Counted from the first letter of the stretch, positions 26,402-41,400 are shown. The stretch is DNA of 64,000 nucleotides from Owenia fusiformis (GCA_903813345.2 CAIIXF020000001.1:3968001-4032000); one strand, 5' to 3'. Notes: generated by a model from the letters alone, not told the origin. Translations and numbers: made by a program.

Positions 26402-29400
26402 TCACTTGTCATCCCCATGTTCCCTCTTATTAATAACATCATGTTCAAACTGACTTCCAGTATCAAGTTCACCATTAAGCTCTTCATGATGACGCCCAAG
26501 GCTCTCCAAATCATCCTGGCTTCCCAGATCTTGTTGACTGCCTATAATTCTCTCACTTGCAAAGTCGCTCTGGCTCCCAATATATTGGTCAATGCCAAGG
26601 TGGGTCTGACTGGCAATCATTGCCATGGATTGTTTAGGGCTATCATCAAGGTATGGATGACTCTCTTCATCTTCCATGTGCATGTCATCATTGTCAGGTA
26701 CAATCTCTTGTTGGGAGTTCTCACTATTTGGCTCAACATCTTTACTAGGACTGAAATTATTAACTAAAGCTTAACTACTTAACTAATAATTAGAGACAAT
26801 ACAGTTAGTTCAGTTAGTTTATTATGATTGTAATTGAAAGCTGAGTCAACTCACCTCTTCATCATGTACCAGACAGCAATCCCTAAAAGTCCAAGCCCAA
26901 CCAGGGAACATGCAACAGCTATGGCTATAGTGACAGGGGATGGTCCATTTGTAGAGACAGCACCATTGTTGTCTTTTTTATCTTCTTGGACGCCTGGAGA
27001 CAATGTGTAGGATGTTATCTGGGATGATAGCTCATCTTCTCCAATGTTCTCAAGGTTCTAAATAACAGAAAAGGGTTAACTGAACATTACAAGGCATAAC
27101 ATGATAGACATCAATGACTTAAATAAATAGTACCATGGGTACACGGCTCACATGGTGTACTTTCTTTTGAGAGATATTTATATTAATTTATTTATTTAAA
27201 GACAGCTGTTGAACCTATGAAAGCCATGTTTAGACTTAGGATTGAATGACCAGCCTTTAAAATGAGGTACATCTATAATTTGGAGCACATTGACGGAACA
27301 TTTTTTAGACTTAACCAAAAACATGATTGTTTGGCACGAAAAGTGATATTTTGTCAATCAATATTAACTTCTTTAAATCTATGTGATCTATCTTATCAAA
27401 ACTTGTAGATATTATTGTTAACTTATAAATTAAGGTGCGTACAATTTCAAGCAAATCATTGAATCCATTGGGAGTTATGACCAAAGAAATGAAAACATGA
27501 TATTTCAACAATAAAAGCAATGTCCATTATTAATTTCATTGCGTATCACCAAAAATTCCCTACACAATTGTTAACCTATACACTATGCTACACGTACCTG
27601 TATGATTTCATTCAAATCAATGCAATACTTTTTGATTTATAACATACAGAAAGTGATATTTTGATAATAAATGTGGCAGCCATTTCAAATCTGAGCAAGA
27701 TAGATGTATTTTCTCGAAACTTGCGTTAGCCTATACAATAAAGGATCGTAGCTGTACAATTTCAAGAAAATTAATAGAATACATTTTGAGTTATGACCAA
27801 AAGGATCTGAAAACATGTTTTTTCAGCATTAAAGTCATGCCTGGTAATCATTTCAAGTAGAAACAATTGAAATATAATAAAAAATGAGATATTGGAGAAA
27901 TATGATATAGTTTTAACAGTTCACACCAAATTTATGATAAATGTAGCTACCCTGACCTTTGGAGATATCAGGCTGTTGTGTCGATCCAATTGATTATTAC
28001 ATTACTTGTTTTATAAATGCAGACACATTAATCAAAAAGATTATTAAATTGAGGGATGGGGTCAGTTGTTTAAAACTGGAATAAACTGCAAAAGAAAAAT
28101 AATTAAATATATTGTCAAAACAAAAAATTGGAAGAACTGTCAGGGCAAAGATATATTGTCAAGACTGTAAAGACAAAATGATGGAATAAACTCTCAAAAA
28201 AAGAATTGAATAAACTGTCAAGACAAAGAAGAAGAATAGAGAGTTGAGGTAAAAATGGAAGAAAATAAAAATCAGGACAACAAGAATGGCTTCAAAATGA
28301 GCAGAATAGAACCGAGAGTTTCTATTTGTATCTGTATATCCTTACTATTCCTATGTGGATTTATTTTCATGACATATCAAAATCAAACCTTCCAAAATTC
28401 ATTTGAAAATTTAAATGAAAATGGACAGTATTTTGATCTGAAGCCTTTAATGAAACCAATGAATAAAGAACAATCTAAAACACTGATAGGTCTCAGTGTA
28501 AAACAAAAAAAGCCTGTAGTGAATCAGGAAAAGTCCAACAAGCCTCAAAAGCATCAAAACATCGCAACAAATGAATATTTAACAAAACGACCTAAATATA
28601 TGGAGGGAGATGTACCTGTTGGGAAAGTGGAGAAGCTACCAGGGGTTATCCTTATTGGCATTCAGAAGTGTGGAACAGCAGCCCTTAAATCTTACTTAAG
28701 AATTCATCCAAGCATGATAAGTGGCAAAAAACATGAGACTCATTTCTTTGACAGACAAATCAATCACAATCAGCCATTTGAAGAAGAAATGAAAATATAT
28801 ATGGAAGAGTTTCCCAAAGTGTTACCAAATAAAACTGTCTTTGAGAAAACCCCTGCATACTTTGACTTAGCGGACCCCTATGACCTCTACAGAATGAACT
28901 CTACATTGAAGCTGATCTTACTGGTTTGTGACCCTGTAAGGAGAGTGATATCAGCTTATATGCACAATAAAGCACATGGAAGGTATGCAAAAGATAAATC
29001 ATATGAAGATTACATATTTGACAAAGATGGACGAGTTAATACAACAGCGCAGGTTATCATCAGAAGTAGGTATGACAAATCACTAGAAAGATACTTAAAA
29101 TATTTCCCTATAAATCAATTTTTAATAATTGATAACAAATTCTTACTGAATCAGCCTACTTTAGCCATGCAAGACATTGAGAAGTTCCTAGGTTTAAATA
29201 AATTTTATACCAAAGAGACATTTTATTTCAATGAGACTATTGGCTTCCATTGTATTAACCCTTCCATTCAGCCAGTTAATGGGGGATGTATGAAGGGTAA
29301 TAAACACAGAGTTCATCCTAATGTTAGTGAAGAAAATGTATTAAAACTCCAACAGTTCTTTCAACCAATCAATGACAAGTTTATGAAACTCGCAGGTACA

Positions 29401-32400
29401 AGTATGCCATCATTAAAGTATTTCAAATAAAGCACAAAAATCTATCAGGTGTAAAATGGAGTATGGAAAAAATTAGATTCAAAGATTGTTCATCAGCTCT
29501 GGCATTCAATATAGGGCCTAATGATAAAATCTGGCCCAATAAATGGAGTTTTGATGATTTTTCCTCATAAAACATGTTGTAGTGTCATAGTATCACTCCA
29601 TTATGTTGGATCTACAAGAGGTATGAGGCCACATACATAATGAACATCAGTTTGGAATCTAAACACTGAACCAACCTGACATGGCCCATTTCTAGGCCAT
29701 TTAGAATATGAAGTCAAAGGACACTTAGAATAATCACTTCAAGTATGATGTCAAAGGACACTTCCATTGCCTCTCAAAAGCGATGTCAAAGAACACTTGG
29801 AATCCCTCTGAAATATGGTGTTGAAGTTGAAATACCACACTTGAAAGTGTGCAAGTGCTTTCAAAAGATCGCTGTTGAACCTCGAAGGCCATGTTTAGAC
29901 TGAAGATTGAAAGTTTAACCTTAAAATGAGGTACATACTGTATACATAATTTCAAGCATGCTGATTGAACATTTTAGACCTATAACCAATATGGGCCAAA
30001 ATGTGATTTTTTGACAGGAAAAGTGATGGCAATCATTTGCCAAAACTTTTAGACATTATTGGTTACCTGCAACCAATTGATGCAATACTTAAAGATTCAT
30101 AAAGCAAAAAGTGGATATTTCGAAAATAAAGTGTTGGCCACATTAAATCTTCGCTATCTATTTTGTTGAAACTTGTAGGCATTATTGTTAACCTATCAAA
30201 TATATGCCTGTACTATTTTAAGAGAATTAGAATTCTCATGGACTAATGACCAAAAAGCTGAATTTTCGGGATATTTCAAAAATAAATGATGGCCATGTTG
30301 AATCTTTGCAACATATTTTGCCAAAAATTGTAGGCAGAAATCAGCGTACTAACTGTGGTAAAAAATGGTTTGACAAGAATTGCGTATCCTTGAAAAAAGA
30401 CGTACGACGTCTTGGTTCGCGTTTAGTTAAAATGCCAAATAATTGCGAAATTAGAACTCAGTATTTTATGACACTAAAGAAATATAGAAAACTTTGCAAG
30501 AAAAAAACAATGTGAACAAAAAATCAAATTTTAACAAAACTGGATGAGTATTCAAACACTGATTCAAAAGCATACTGGTCGTTACTTGAACAGCTTAGAA
30601 ATGAGTCCAGTTCTACAGATTCTAATAATCAGAATAGTAATATAACACCTGATACTTGGTACAATCATTTCCCTAAGCTATTTCAAAGGGTGGAGTCTGA
30701 TGATCTAGATCATGAACATCTTTTAAGAATATTGGAAGCTGAGCCAGAATTCAATGAGTTAAATTATACAATAAAAGAAAATGAAATATTTGAAGCGGTT
30801 AAAATGTTAAAAAACAACAAAAGTCCTGGTTTAAATGGTATATCCTATGAAATACTAAAGGCTTCTTATTTTGCGATAGGGAACTTACTATGCACATTAT
30901 TCAATAAAATATTCATCAGCGATTCCTACCCAGATAGATGGAATTTGTTGGTGGTAATTCCAATATTCAAAAAAGGTGATAGATCTGATCCTAGCAACAA
31001 TAGGGGTATATTTATATCTGATTCAATATCTAAATTACTTTCAATAGTACTGTATAGACGATTGTATAAATTTGTTGAAGATAGGAAAATCCTCAGCGAC
31101 AACCAAGGCGGTTTTGTTAAGAAAGCACGTACCACTGATCATAAGTTTATCCTCAAATCGTTAATGGACAAGTTTAAATCCGATGACAAAAATAAAAGTT
31201 TATATTTATGCTTCGTTGATCTGCGCAAAGCATTTGATAGTATATGGCACAATGGTCTATTTCATAAGTTACAAACATATGGAATCAAGGGTTACTTCTA
31301 CAATATTATAAAATCGATGTTTACGGATCAACACGCGTGCATTAGACTTAATAATTGTGGTGATTACTCACCTACGTTTAAATGTGAAAAAGGTGTGAAA
31401 CAAGGCGACCCTTTAAGTCCCTTACTTTTTAATCTATACATTGATCATATTGTTAACGAGCTTAGTCTGAAAACTGATCCATTACTATATTCAGAAAAGA
31501 TAGGTTCATTACTTTTTGCTGATGACCTAGTTATAATTGCTTCCTCGAAAGAAGACATGCAAGTCAAGTTAGACAAACTCAAGAAATACTGCGAACGGTG
31601 GTATCTCTCTATTAACATTAAGAAAACAAAAATCATGAAGATAACTAAAACAGGGAAAATAAGTAATGAATCTTTTCATATTGGAAATATACTATTTGAA
31701 AATGGTAGTAGATACATTTCTCTGGGAATGGAAATCAGTTCCAACGGGTCTTTAATACCAGCGGCCCAGTTTATAAAACAAAAGGCGTACAAAGCAAAGT
31801 TTAAATTGTTCTCTTTACTGTCTAATGCTGATATAATGCCAAAATTGGCAATTAAAATATTTGACCAAACTGTCAAACCAATATGTATGTATGGAGCAGA
31901 AATATGGGGAACCGGCTATCTTAATAATAGAATTATCAAAACTGATCCTAAATGGGCACTAGAAAATTCGTATGACAAGATCAAAATTGAGTCAACCCAT
32001 ATGTCGTTCCTAAGATTTGTGTTGGGTGTACATAAGAAAGCTAGTAACTTGGGAAATAAAGGCGAATTGGTGAGACTACCTTTATTCGTTGATATTATCC
32101 CCCAACAAGTTAAATTTGTCAATCACTTAGAAAATCACTCTTCAAAGTTTATAAGAGATACACTAAAACTAAGTAAATCTTTGGCCAATAGTAATCAGCC
32201 TTCTTGGTATAATGACTTGCTAAAAGTACTCAAATTTATAGGTTTTCATGATTATCATAATGTCAACACTAAGAAATTAAAATCTAGGCTTAAAGAAGAT
32301 ACAAACAATACTTTGAAAACATGCTTAAAGATACCAATGGCAAATTAAGGTTTTATAGACAAATCAAATTTTCATTTCATTATGAAAATTATCTTGACCA

Positions 32401-35400
32401 TATTAAGAATAAAGATGCCCGCCGCAATTTAACATCACTTAGAATTAGCAGTCACAAGCTTGAAGTCGAGGTGGGTAAATATAAAAGACCACATCTTCCA
32501 CCCGAACTCAGAATTTGTAAACTATGTAAAAAGGCACAGGAGACCGAAGAACACTTTTTGCTCAAGTGTAATGAGCTCAAACATATCACAAATAAATATT
32601 TAGACTTGCTTTATACCAAATATGCCCTAATATCGGCTCGCTATCAGATATGGATTTACTAACTTTCTTAATTAATGCTGAGGAGCAATATTGCAGCATC
32701 TTTTCAAACATGGTAAATGAATTATTCTCTATAAGGAGTACTTTGTTCAGTAGGTAGATTTCTACAAGACAGACTCACCCAGTAATGACGTGATCCAGTT
32801 ACATATATATACAGTATATACATCTGTATTTATGTACTTTTCTACTTGTACGTTATTATGTCTATGTAAGTTTTTCTTTCTCTTCTTTTGTATATTTGCC
32901 CTTAAAGGGATTATTCAGTGGTACAATAAATAAATGATATGCCATAATAGTTAAACTATAAAATACTTGTACAAATCCAAGCTCAAATACTTATGCGGTT
33001 ATTACGAAAAAGCTGAAAACCTCATTTTTCGACAATAAAAATGGTCACCTGAACTACATGTTGGCAAATAAATAGCCTACTAAAGGATAACATCTTACCT
33101 GAGTTATCTGTTGCCTGGTTGATGCAGACTGTAGGATAAGCATCAGTGTATCTTGAGGAACCATATAGTCTCCATTGGTCAGCTCACGTTTTGCCCTTGT
33201 CTTTAATGACCCACACAGTGGATTTAGACTGGACACACGCATGGTCACTATCGCTCTATAAATACACAAATCTGGAAATTACTGTTTATACTAGATATAG
33301 TATTTTGGAGGGAGGTACAACATAGAGTTGATTTCTTTTAGATATACAGTTATAACAGTAACAGTGTACTTTGAGTGGATTTGAAAATTGAATGGGGAAA
33401 CAATTACACGATGATCTCTCATTTTATAGCTCTTTATATTACCAATCTTATTATTAATCCAGTAGAAGAAAACAGACCCGTAGCCAGGATTTGCCAAGGG
33501 GAGGGGTTCACTTTTTAAAAATTTCCAGGGGGGTTCACTTTTGACAACTTTGGCCCAAAAATGGCCAAAATCACTTGAAAAGTGCTCAGAATTTTGAAAA
33601 ATTGCATGATTTTGAAATAATTTCGAACCCTCCCCCTGGCTACAGGCCTGGAAAAGGGTAGACTCCTAATTCCCACAATCAATAAACCAAGGCTCTGTTT
33701 CCAAAACAAAAGGCTTCAGTTTTTTGTTTGTTTTTTTATCATGATAACTTCTTATACATGTATAATGAATAACATTAATATCCGTTACATCATAATATTT
33801 ATCCACACAACAAATTAGGTAATCTACAAATTGGAATTGTAGAAGAGCCTGATTAATTGCTACTTTTAATCTAAAAATAACATTAAAATAAATATACCTA
33901 ATTGATTTGAGAAAGCATAATACATTAATTATATGGTGATGACCAGAAATTAGATAGTATAATATATTATTTCTTAATATACACCAAATTAGGTAAATCT
34001 ACAAATTGAAATTGTAGGAGAGCCTGATTAATTGCTACTTTTAATCTAGCTGATGACATGAATGTGAGACAATCATGATGTAACAAGAAACATATTAACA
34101 ATAAGAAGTTATGAAATTTCCAGGGCCTCTAATAAGGGAGCTGGTAGCACACTATAGAGCACTGATGTATGACCTAATATTTATCAGCGAATTATTTATT
34201 TATCTGAATAAGTGGTGCAATTAATTTAATTATGACCCAGACAAATATACTCCTGGGTTAAAGGGACTAGAAGACACAAGTTAAAAGTAAGTTTCAAAAT
34301 AATTTCACAATTTTACAAAAGTTATTGACCCACTTTAGAACTTTGTATCTAACATGTACAGTACATGAATTTGAGAAAAATCCAACGAGTGTTTTTCCAG
34401 GAACCATTACAACAAAATTCATTGAAAATATTATTGTGATATTAAACTCTGATTCCGGGTTATAAAATCAAGAGGGAGATTTGTTTGAGAATGATGAATA
34501 TGGGTGAAGTGACATTCTGATACTCGTGGCATCTCTCTCTGTTGCATCACATCCTAAAGGATAGAGATGGAGAGGGCGTGGATTACCACGATGGTGAATT
34601 GAAACTAAAGAGGTCATGTCCCAATCATTATATGAAAGGAATTACACTACAAATTCAATGCAAAACATCAACTCAGTGTCATACCTTATGCCACTTGTTT
34701 GGTTAGTGTCCCTGGGGTATCCTCTAGCCAGTTCCACATCCCCGCTACTACAATATGGCTCCTGGGGCATTATTCCACTAGAAATAAACAATTAATGAAA
34801 TCACACCGTAGAGTACCTCTGAGTAGGGAGTTAATATTAAGAAAAGTGATGAGCCGATTTTCTTGAAATCTCAAAAAAAACAACTAAAATGACTGCTAAA
34901 AACAAGGTCACCCAAAAATCAATGTACTGAAGAACTTAGTACTCTCTAACATGTGTACAAATTAAAAAAAATCTAACAGGTGATTTTACTGGAATCATGA
35001 TGACAAGATTTATCAACCAGAACAACGGCAACGCCAAAGCGTAGCGAATCCCATCGAACATTTTTCAAAAGGGGCACCTTCTACCAAAAGTGTCATTAGA
35101 CAGTGTGCCATGGTTATAATATTCACATACCAAATATGAACAAAATCGCTCTGCTACTTTTCGAGTTATAGTAAAATACGTTAAAATGGTGGCCATTTTG
35201 AAAAATGGCCGCTTTCTACTAAAAGTCTCATTAGACAGTGTGCCATGCTTATAGTATTCACATACCAAATATGAACAAAATCGCTCCGCTACTTTTCGAG
35301 TTATAGTAAAATACGTTAAAATGGTGGCCATTTTGAAAAATGGCCGCCTTTTACCAAAAGTGTCATTAGACAGTGTGCCATGCTTATACGTATTCACGTA

Positions 35401-38400
35401 CCAAATATGAACAAAATCGCTCCACTACTTTTCGAGTTATAGTAAAATAAGTTAAAATGGCAGCCATTTTTCAAAATGTCCACCATTTTTCAAAATGGCC
35501 GCCTTCTACCAAAAGTGTCATTAGACAGTGTGCCATGCTTACAGTATTCACATACAGAATATGAACAAAATCGCTCCACTACTTTTCGAGTTAAAGTAAA
35601 ATACGTTAAAATGGCGGCCATTTTGAAAAATGACCGCCCTCTACCAAGAGTGTCATTAGACAGTGTGCCATGCTTATACGTATTCACATACCAAATATGA
35701 ACAAAATCGCTCCACTACTTTTCGAGTTTTAGTAAAATAACTTAAAATGGCGGCCATTTTTCAAAATGTCCGCCATTTTTCAAAATGGCCACCTTCTACC
35801 AAAAGTGTCATTAGACAGTGTGCCATGCTTATAGTATTCACATACCAAATATGAACAAAATCGCTCCACTACTTTTCGAGTTACAGCAAAAATCGTAAAA
35901 TAATGAGAAAAGGGCGCCATTTTTCAAGATGGCTGCCATGTGCTTTTATAATATCTACATTTCTAGCTTTATTAATGTCCTATATAATTTTTTTTACATT
36001 TAAAACATATTGCTATTACAGTTTTACATATTGCACCTAAATTACTGTAAAATCGGCACTAAAATGGCCGCCATTTTTAAATGAGCGGCCATTTTGAAAA
36101 TCGACTTTCGAGCAGAACTTCTACCCCCATAGGGTATATGTATACAAAATATGAATAAAATCGGGCCAACGGTATTTGAGTTATTGCCCGGACGGACGGA
36201 CGGACGGACGTACGTACGGACGGACAGACGTACGTACGGACGGACAGACGTACGTACGGACGGACGTACGTACGGACGGACGGACGGACGGACGGAGGCG
36301 TTCCCTATATCCTTCCGAACTTCGTTCGATGGGATAAAAAACTTCTAAAATTACTCCTGGAAAACAAGATGGCCACCTAATCAGCTGTAGGATTTCGTTC
36401 TCTCTAACATGTGTACGAATTTGAAGTGAATCCAACAAGTGGTTTTGCTGGGATCACAATTACAAACAGCAATGCCACCACCATCAAGATCCATTACCAC
36501 TATAACCAAATCAATGCCATTACCATTATGACTAAATCCAGTGGTGTGTGTAATGAAAACTAGTTGTCTCATGAAATCATATTCATATTCTCAATGTAGC
36601 AAGTTCATTGTATGTATTCTGATCCAATATACCTTTATCAGTTCTTTTAGAAAAAAATATGTTGTAGCTAGCACTAAAATAACAAGATCATTGATATTCA
36701 ATTTCAACATTAATAAGACTATATTTATGACAACATTTTACTTGAACATGAGAAGTGTTTAATGACAATATGCCTGAAAAGTGGAAATCTAAAAATATTG
36801 ATTCCCATGTTCAAGATCATAAATTACTTTCTGAAATATTTTCCTATTTGGGGCTGTGCTCAATGCTTCTGGAGCCACCCTTTATGGTTCAAACTAAACT
36901 GAGATACATGTACTTAAAACCTAAAGGAACTACATATTCTTGCCCACCTCATACATTTATGATTGAAACTCACCTAAAAGGCTTCCCACAGCACTTGGCA
37001 TAGTTGTTAGCATTCTTGCTACAAAACATATTAGCTCCATTGCAGATACCATTGAATATGCTTGCTTCTACACCTTCCCACTGTAGAAAAAATTAATGAT
37101 ACAAGTGGGGACACATGTGTATAGTATTTACATATATAACAAAATTATTCTTTAACTTTTCGAGTTCCCTTATCTGCTTCCATTTTTCAAAAACAGCAAG
37201 ATTTTACAATAGTAGGACAATAGCAATCTTTAGCAATCTTAATAAACAATTCTATCTTTGTGTAATGCAGTATTTTAAGAGCTAACTTTGGTAAATTAAG
37301 AACAAAAATTAGTAACTTACTTTTCTTATATCTAGAAAATTGGGCAAGGTCATCATTACACCATTATCAACTTCTTCTGGTAAACCTAAACAAGGCAAAA
37401 TAACATTTGAAAACAAAAAATATTTATGGAAAATCCGAAAATAATTTTCACAAAAACAATATCCAGTTTTGAAATGGAAAGATATTCAGGACTATTATTA
37501 GGGTTATCAAAATTTGAAACTTTGCAAAATAATTAACACAACCCAAAAATCATATATTTTGACAACAAATTTTTCTTGGTAAATCTCAGTAACTTTCAAT
37601 TAGTAAACATGACTAGCCGGCCCTTAAGATGATTATCCGGCCCTTAAGATGATTACAGTTTTTATTTTTATTTTTTGAACATCCTCATTCTTAATACATC
37701 ATCATTGTTGTAGAACACATCTTAACACAGTATTTGAACTTTTCATATTGATTTGTTCTGTAAAAGATTCTATAAATAGTTAAAGCTAGCTCTAGAATTG
37801 CTGTACTTACTAGAACAGGAGTCCCTCAAGTAGTTACACATGATATGCTGCTCTGTAGCGGCAGAGGTGCAAGTTCTCCCAAGGGTGGGGTAAGGACTAG
37901 AGCAGGTGCGAGTGCGGGTCCTACGTCCATGGCAAACACGAGAACATGATCCCCAAATACTCCAAGTTCCCCAGTTACCATTGGATTCTGAAACAACAAC
38001 ACAATTACATGTGAATTCTGGAGATTATAAAGTACAGAGCAATTTGATGCAGAAATATCTCCTTTGAATCACTTGTAGCATTTACATTGGTAGCATTTCA
38101 TTTTGGTTTACCTGTACATGCTAGTCCATCCAAGTCAGGGAGGTAATACTTGTAGCATTTACTTTGGTAGCATTTCATTTTGGTTTACCTGTACATGCTA
38201 GTCAATCCAAGTCAGGGAGGTAATACTTGTAGCATTTACATTGGTAGCATTTCATTTTGGTTTACCTGTACATGCTAGTCAATCCAAGTCAGGGAGGTAA
38301 TACTTGTAGCATTTACATTGGTAGCATTTCATTTTGGTTTACCTGTACATGCTAGTCAATCCAAGTCAGGGAGGTAATACTTGTAGCATTTACATTGGTA

Positions 38401-41400
38401 GCATTTCATTTTGGTTTACCTGTACATGCTAGTCAATCCAAGTCAGGGAGGTAATACTTGTAGCATTTAATTGGTAGCATTTCATTTTGGTTTACCTGTA
38501 CATGCTAGTCAATCCAAGTCAGGGAGGTAATACTTGTAGCATTTAGATTGGTAGCATTTCATTTTGGATTACCTGTACATGCAAGTCCATCCAAGTCAGG
38601 GAGGTAATACTGGTAGCATTTACATTGGTAGCATTTCATTTTGGTTTACCTGTACATGCTAGTCAATCCAAGTCAGGGAGGTAATACTTGTAGCATTTAC
38701 ATTGGTAGCATTTCATTTTGGTTTACCTGTACATGCTAGTCAATCCAAGTCAGGGAGGTAATACTTGTAGCATTTACATTGGTAGCATTTCATTTTGGTT
38801 TACCTGTACATGCTAGTCAATCCAAGTCAGGGAGGTAATACTTGTAGCATTTACATTGGTAGCATTTCATTTTGGTTTACCTGTACATGCTAGTCAATCC
38901 AAGTCAGGGAGGTAATACTTGTAGCATTTAATTGGTAGCATTTCATTTTGGTTTACCTGTACATGCTAGTCAATCCAAGTCAGGGAGGTAATACTTGTAG
39001 CATTTAGATTGGTAGCATTTCATTTTGGATTACCTGTACATGCAAGTCCATCCAAGTCAGGGAGGTAATACTGGTAGCATTTACATTGGTAGCTTTGGTA
39101 TGAGTTGACACAGTAACTGTTCACACCACATGGCTCTCCAACACTGCACTCATCTTCATCTATAATACATATAATAGGTGTATATACATACAGGTAGTTG
39201 AAATACAGTAAAACCTGTCTAATCAGATCCCCAATTGGATCGACCAAAGTGTGTTCGAATTGGCAGGTGTTCATATTTCAAAGTTTTTAACAATACTTGT
39301 TTAGAATAACAATATCAGCAGTGCATATTAAAATTAAAAATGGGGCTGTAAAGGTGTTCACATTGAGAGGTGTTCCGATTGGAGAGATGTTTGGAGAGAG
39401 GCGTTTTTAATGTGCATTACTTAGCAATTAGTCAATATGCATGACAACTATGTCTCTACTTAAGATAGCTCACAAACTTGTTACTCTTCCACTTTCATAT
39501 AGTTGTTCCTTTTTTACTGTATACATTTTTAAAACTCAAAACAGAACAAATATTGTTTTTATGCATATTGATGTATTTTCACAATTATAATGAAGCAACA
39601 TGGCGAGGATTATTCTCAGTTCAATTATCAATTAGTATTGCAACGTTTTAATGGATTGTTAACTTGATTCTTCAATCAATTTAACCAATTGATGCACTCA
39701 CCAATGCATGATGTCCTTGATTCATCTAGAACCAATCCTTTTGGACAGACACATGTATCTACTTCTTCACTGCCTACTAAGCTTCTAACACATGATGCAG
39801 GGGCCTCACAGCGCTCTGGGCGGAAACAATCACTGGCCACTAGAAAGCATATAATTCATGTATGATGAACAGTCATGGCTTAGTTTATTAAATATAACAA
39901 AATCAAATTCAACAAAAATTAATCAAACCAATCTTTTTCTCCACATTTAGTCTGCTAAGGTTGATTAAAGAAAATATTCAAATTCTGAACAATTTCTTTG
40001 TAATATTCTCAAAATTAATGAGATGAGAATATGCAAATATCCCTTGTCTGTTAAATCCAATACACAAATAAAACAGGAGTGTAGTGATTGAAAGGAATGG
40101 CCTGATACAATAATACATGTACCGTTTATGCCATATTCAATATACTTACTCTGGCATGTTCGTCCATTCGTAACATTCAGTGCAAATCCTAGTGGGCAAT
40201 CACACCTAAATGTACCAGGCATGTTAATACACTTCAATTCACAGCTGTTTAATTTGGGACTAACACACTCATCAACATCTGCAATGAATAATCAACAGCA
40301 GTCATTATTATCCAATTTGCCAGTTTTATGGCTTAAATTAAGATTGTACTGTAGCATGACATTTTATACACATTTGTTCATAAACATTATTTGGTAAAAA
40401 AGACATAGCCTATAATGTCAATAAGGTTGACAAGCTATCTAAATCAATTATGAAATAAACTGATTATCTGTAAAAAAGAGAGAAGATTTCTCCTGAATCG
40501 CATTAACTCAAGGTGATCAGTTATGATAGGTGTTTGGGTTGTAATTGGGTTGACAAATATGCAATAAATAAAGTATTTCATTGACATGTAAACTCAGACC
40601 TACCGTCACATTCGAGTGAAACCAGGTTCCTTTTGAATCCAGGTTTACATATGCACTCGTATGATCCCTGTTTGTTACGACATATCTCTACGTCCCCACA
40701 CGTATTCCATTCACTCTTAAGGCACTCATTGACATCTAAAAATTGAATATTACATGACATGCTTTTCTTGATTTATTCGCTTGATCTCTATTCTCTATCA
40801 CATTCAAGTTTACGATTGTAACTCGTCCTTTATTTTTAGGCAACCTTCTAAGAACAAATCATATTCTGAGTCACTTTGTTGTTAATTTGAAAACTTCAGT
40901 TTTGTCAAAGTCAGGAATTCATTTGGGTAAAGAGCGATAGAAGCCATACACACCATTGTTTTTTTTAAACAAGTCAGCATTCTAACAAAGTGAAAAGTGA
41001 TACCTAAACATGTGAATCCATCGCCAGTGTAACCTGCAGGACAACTGCAAAGGTATCCTCCAGGCAGATTGCTGCAAACAGCCTTGCTGTGACAGCTGGC
41101 AATGTTCTCATCCACAACTGAACACTCATCAACATCTGAATATAATGAATAACATGGTTGCACCAAAAACCATTGTTTATTACACCATACCATAAGAATT
41201 TGCCATTTTACGATCGGATTGGTGATAATCCTTAAAGCAACAATCTCAACATAGAATGTGAAGCCAAATATGAATTCAAATATTAGATCAATATCTTGCA
41301 ATTTGAAAATGACCACAACATGATTTCTATAAAGGTCCTAAATAAATTCAGAGGTTTTTAACAAAATGTGTTGATTTTCATTCTAAAAACATCCCAGAAT

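Noticed and set aside
26360-26767. 135-aa plus-strand hydrophobic ORF
   Set aside because: Antisense shadow of the last exon of the mucin-like gene.
35065-35700. ORFs with 45-aa repeats (35065-35397, 35476-35700, 35490-35687)
   Set aside because: By-product of a 135-bp satellite unit divisible by 3; no splice or domain support.
36151-36438. RTDG/VRPS repeat ORFs
   Set aside because: Translations of a (GGAC/GTAC)n microsatellite.
38074-39090. CRISPR-like regular array
   Set aside because: Units are contiguous near-identical 77-mers with no unique spacers and no cas genes, in a eukaryotic intron.
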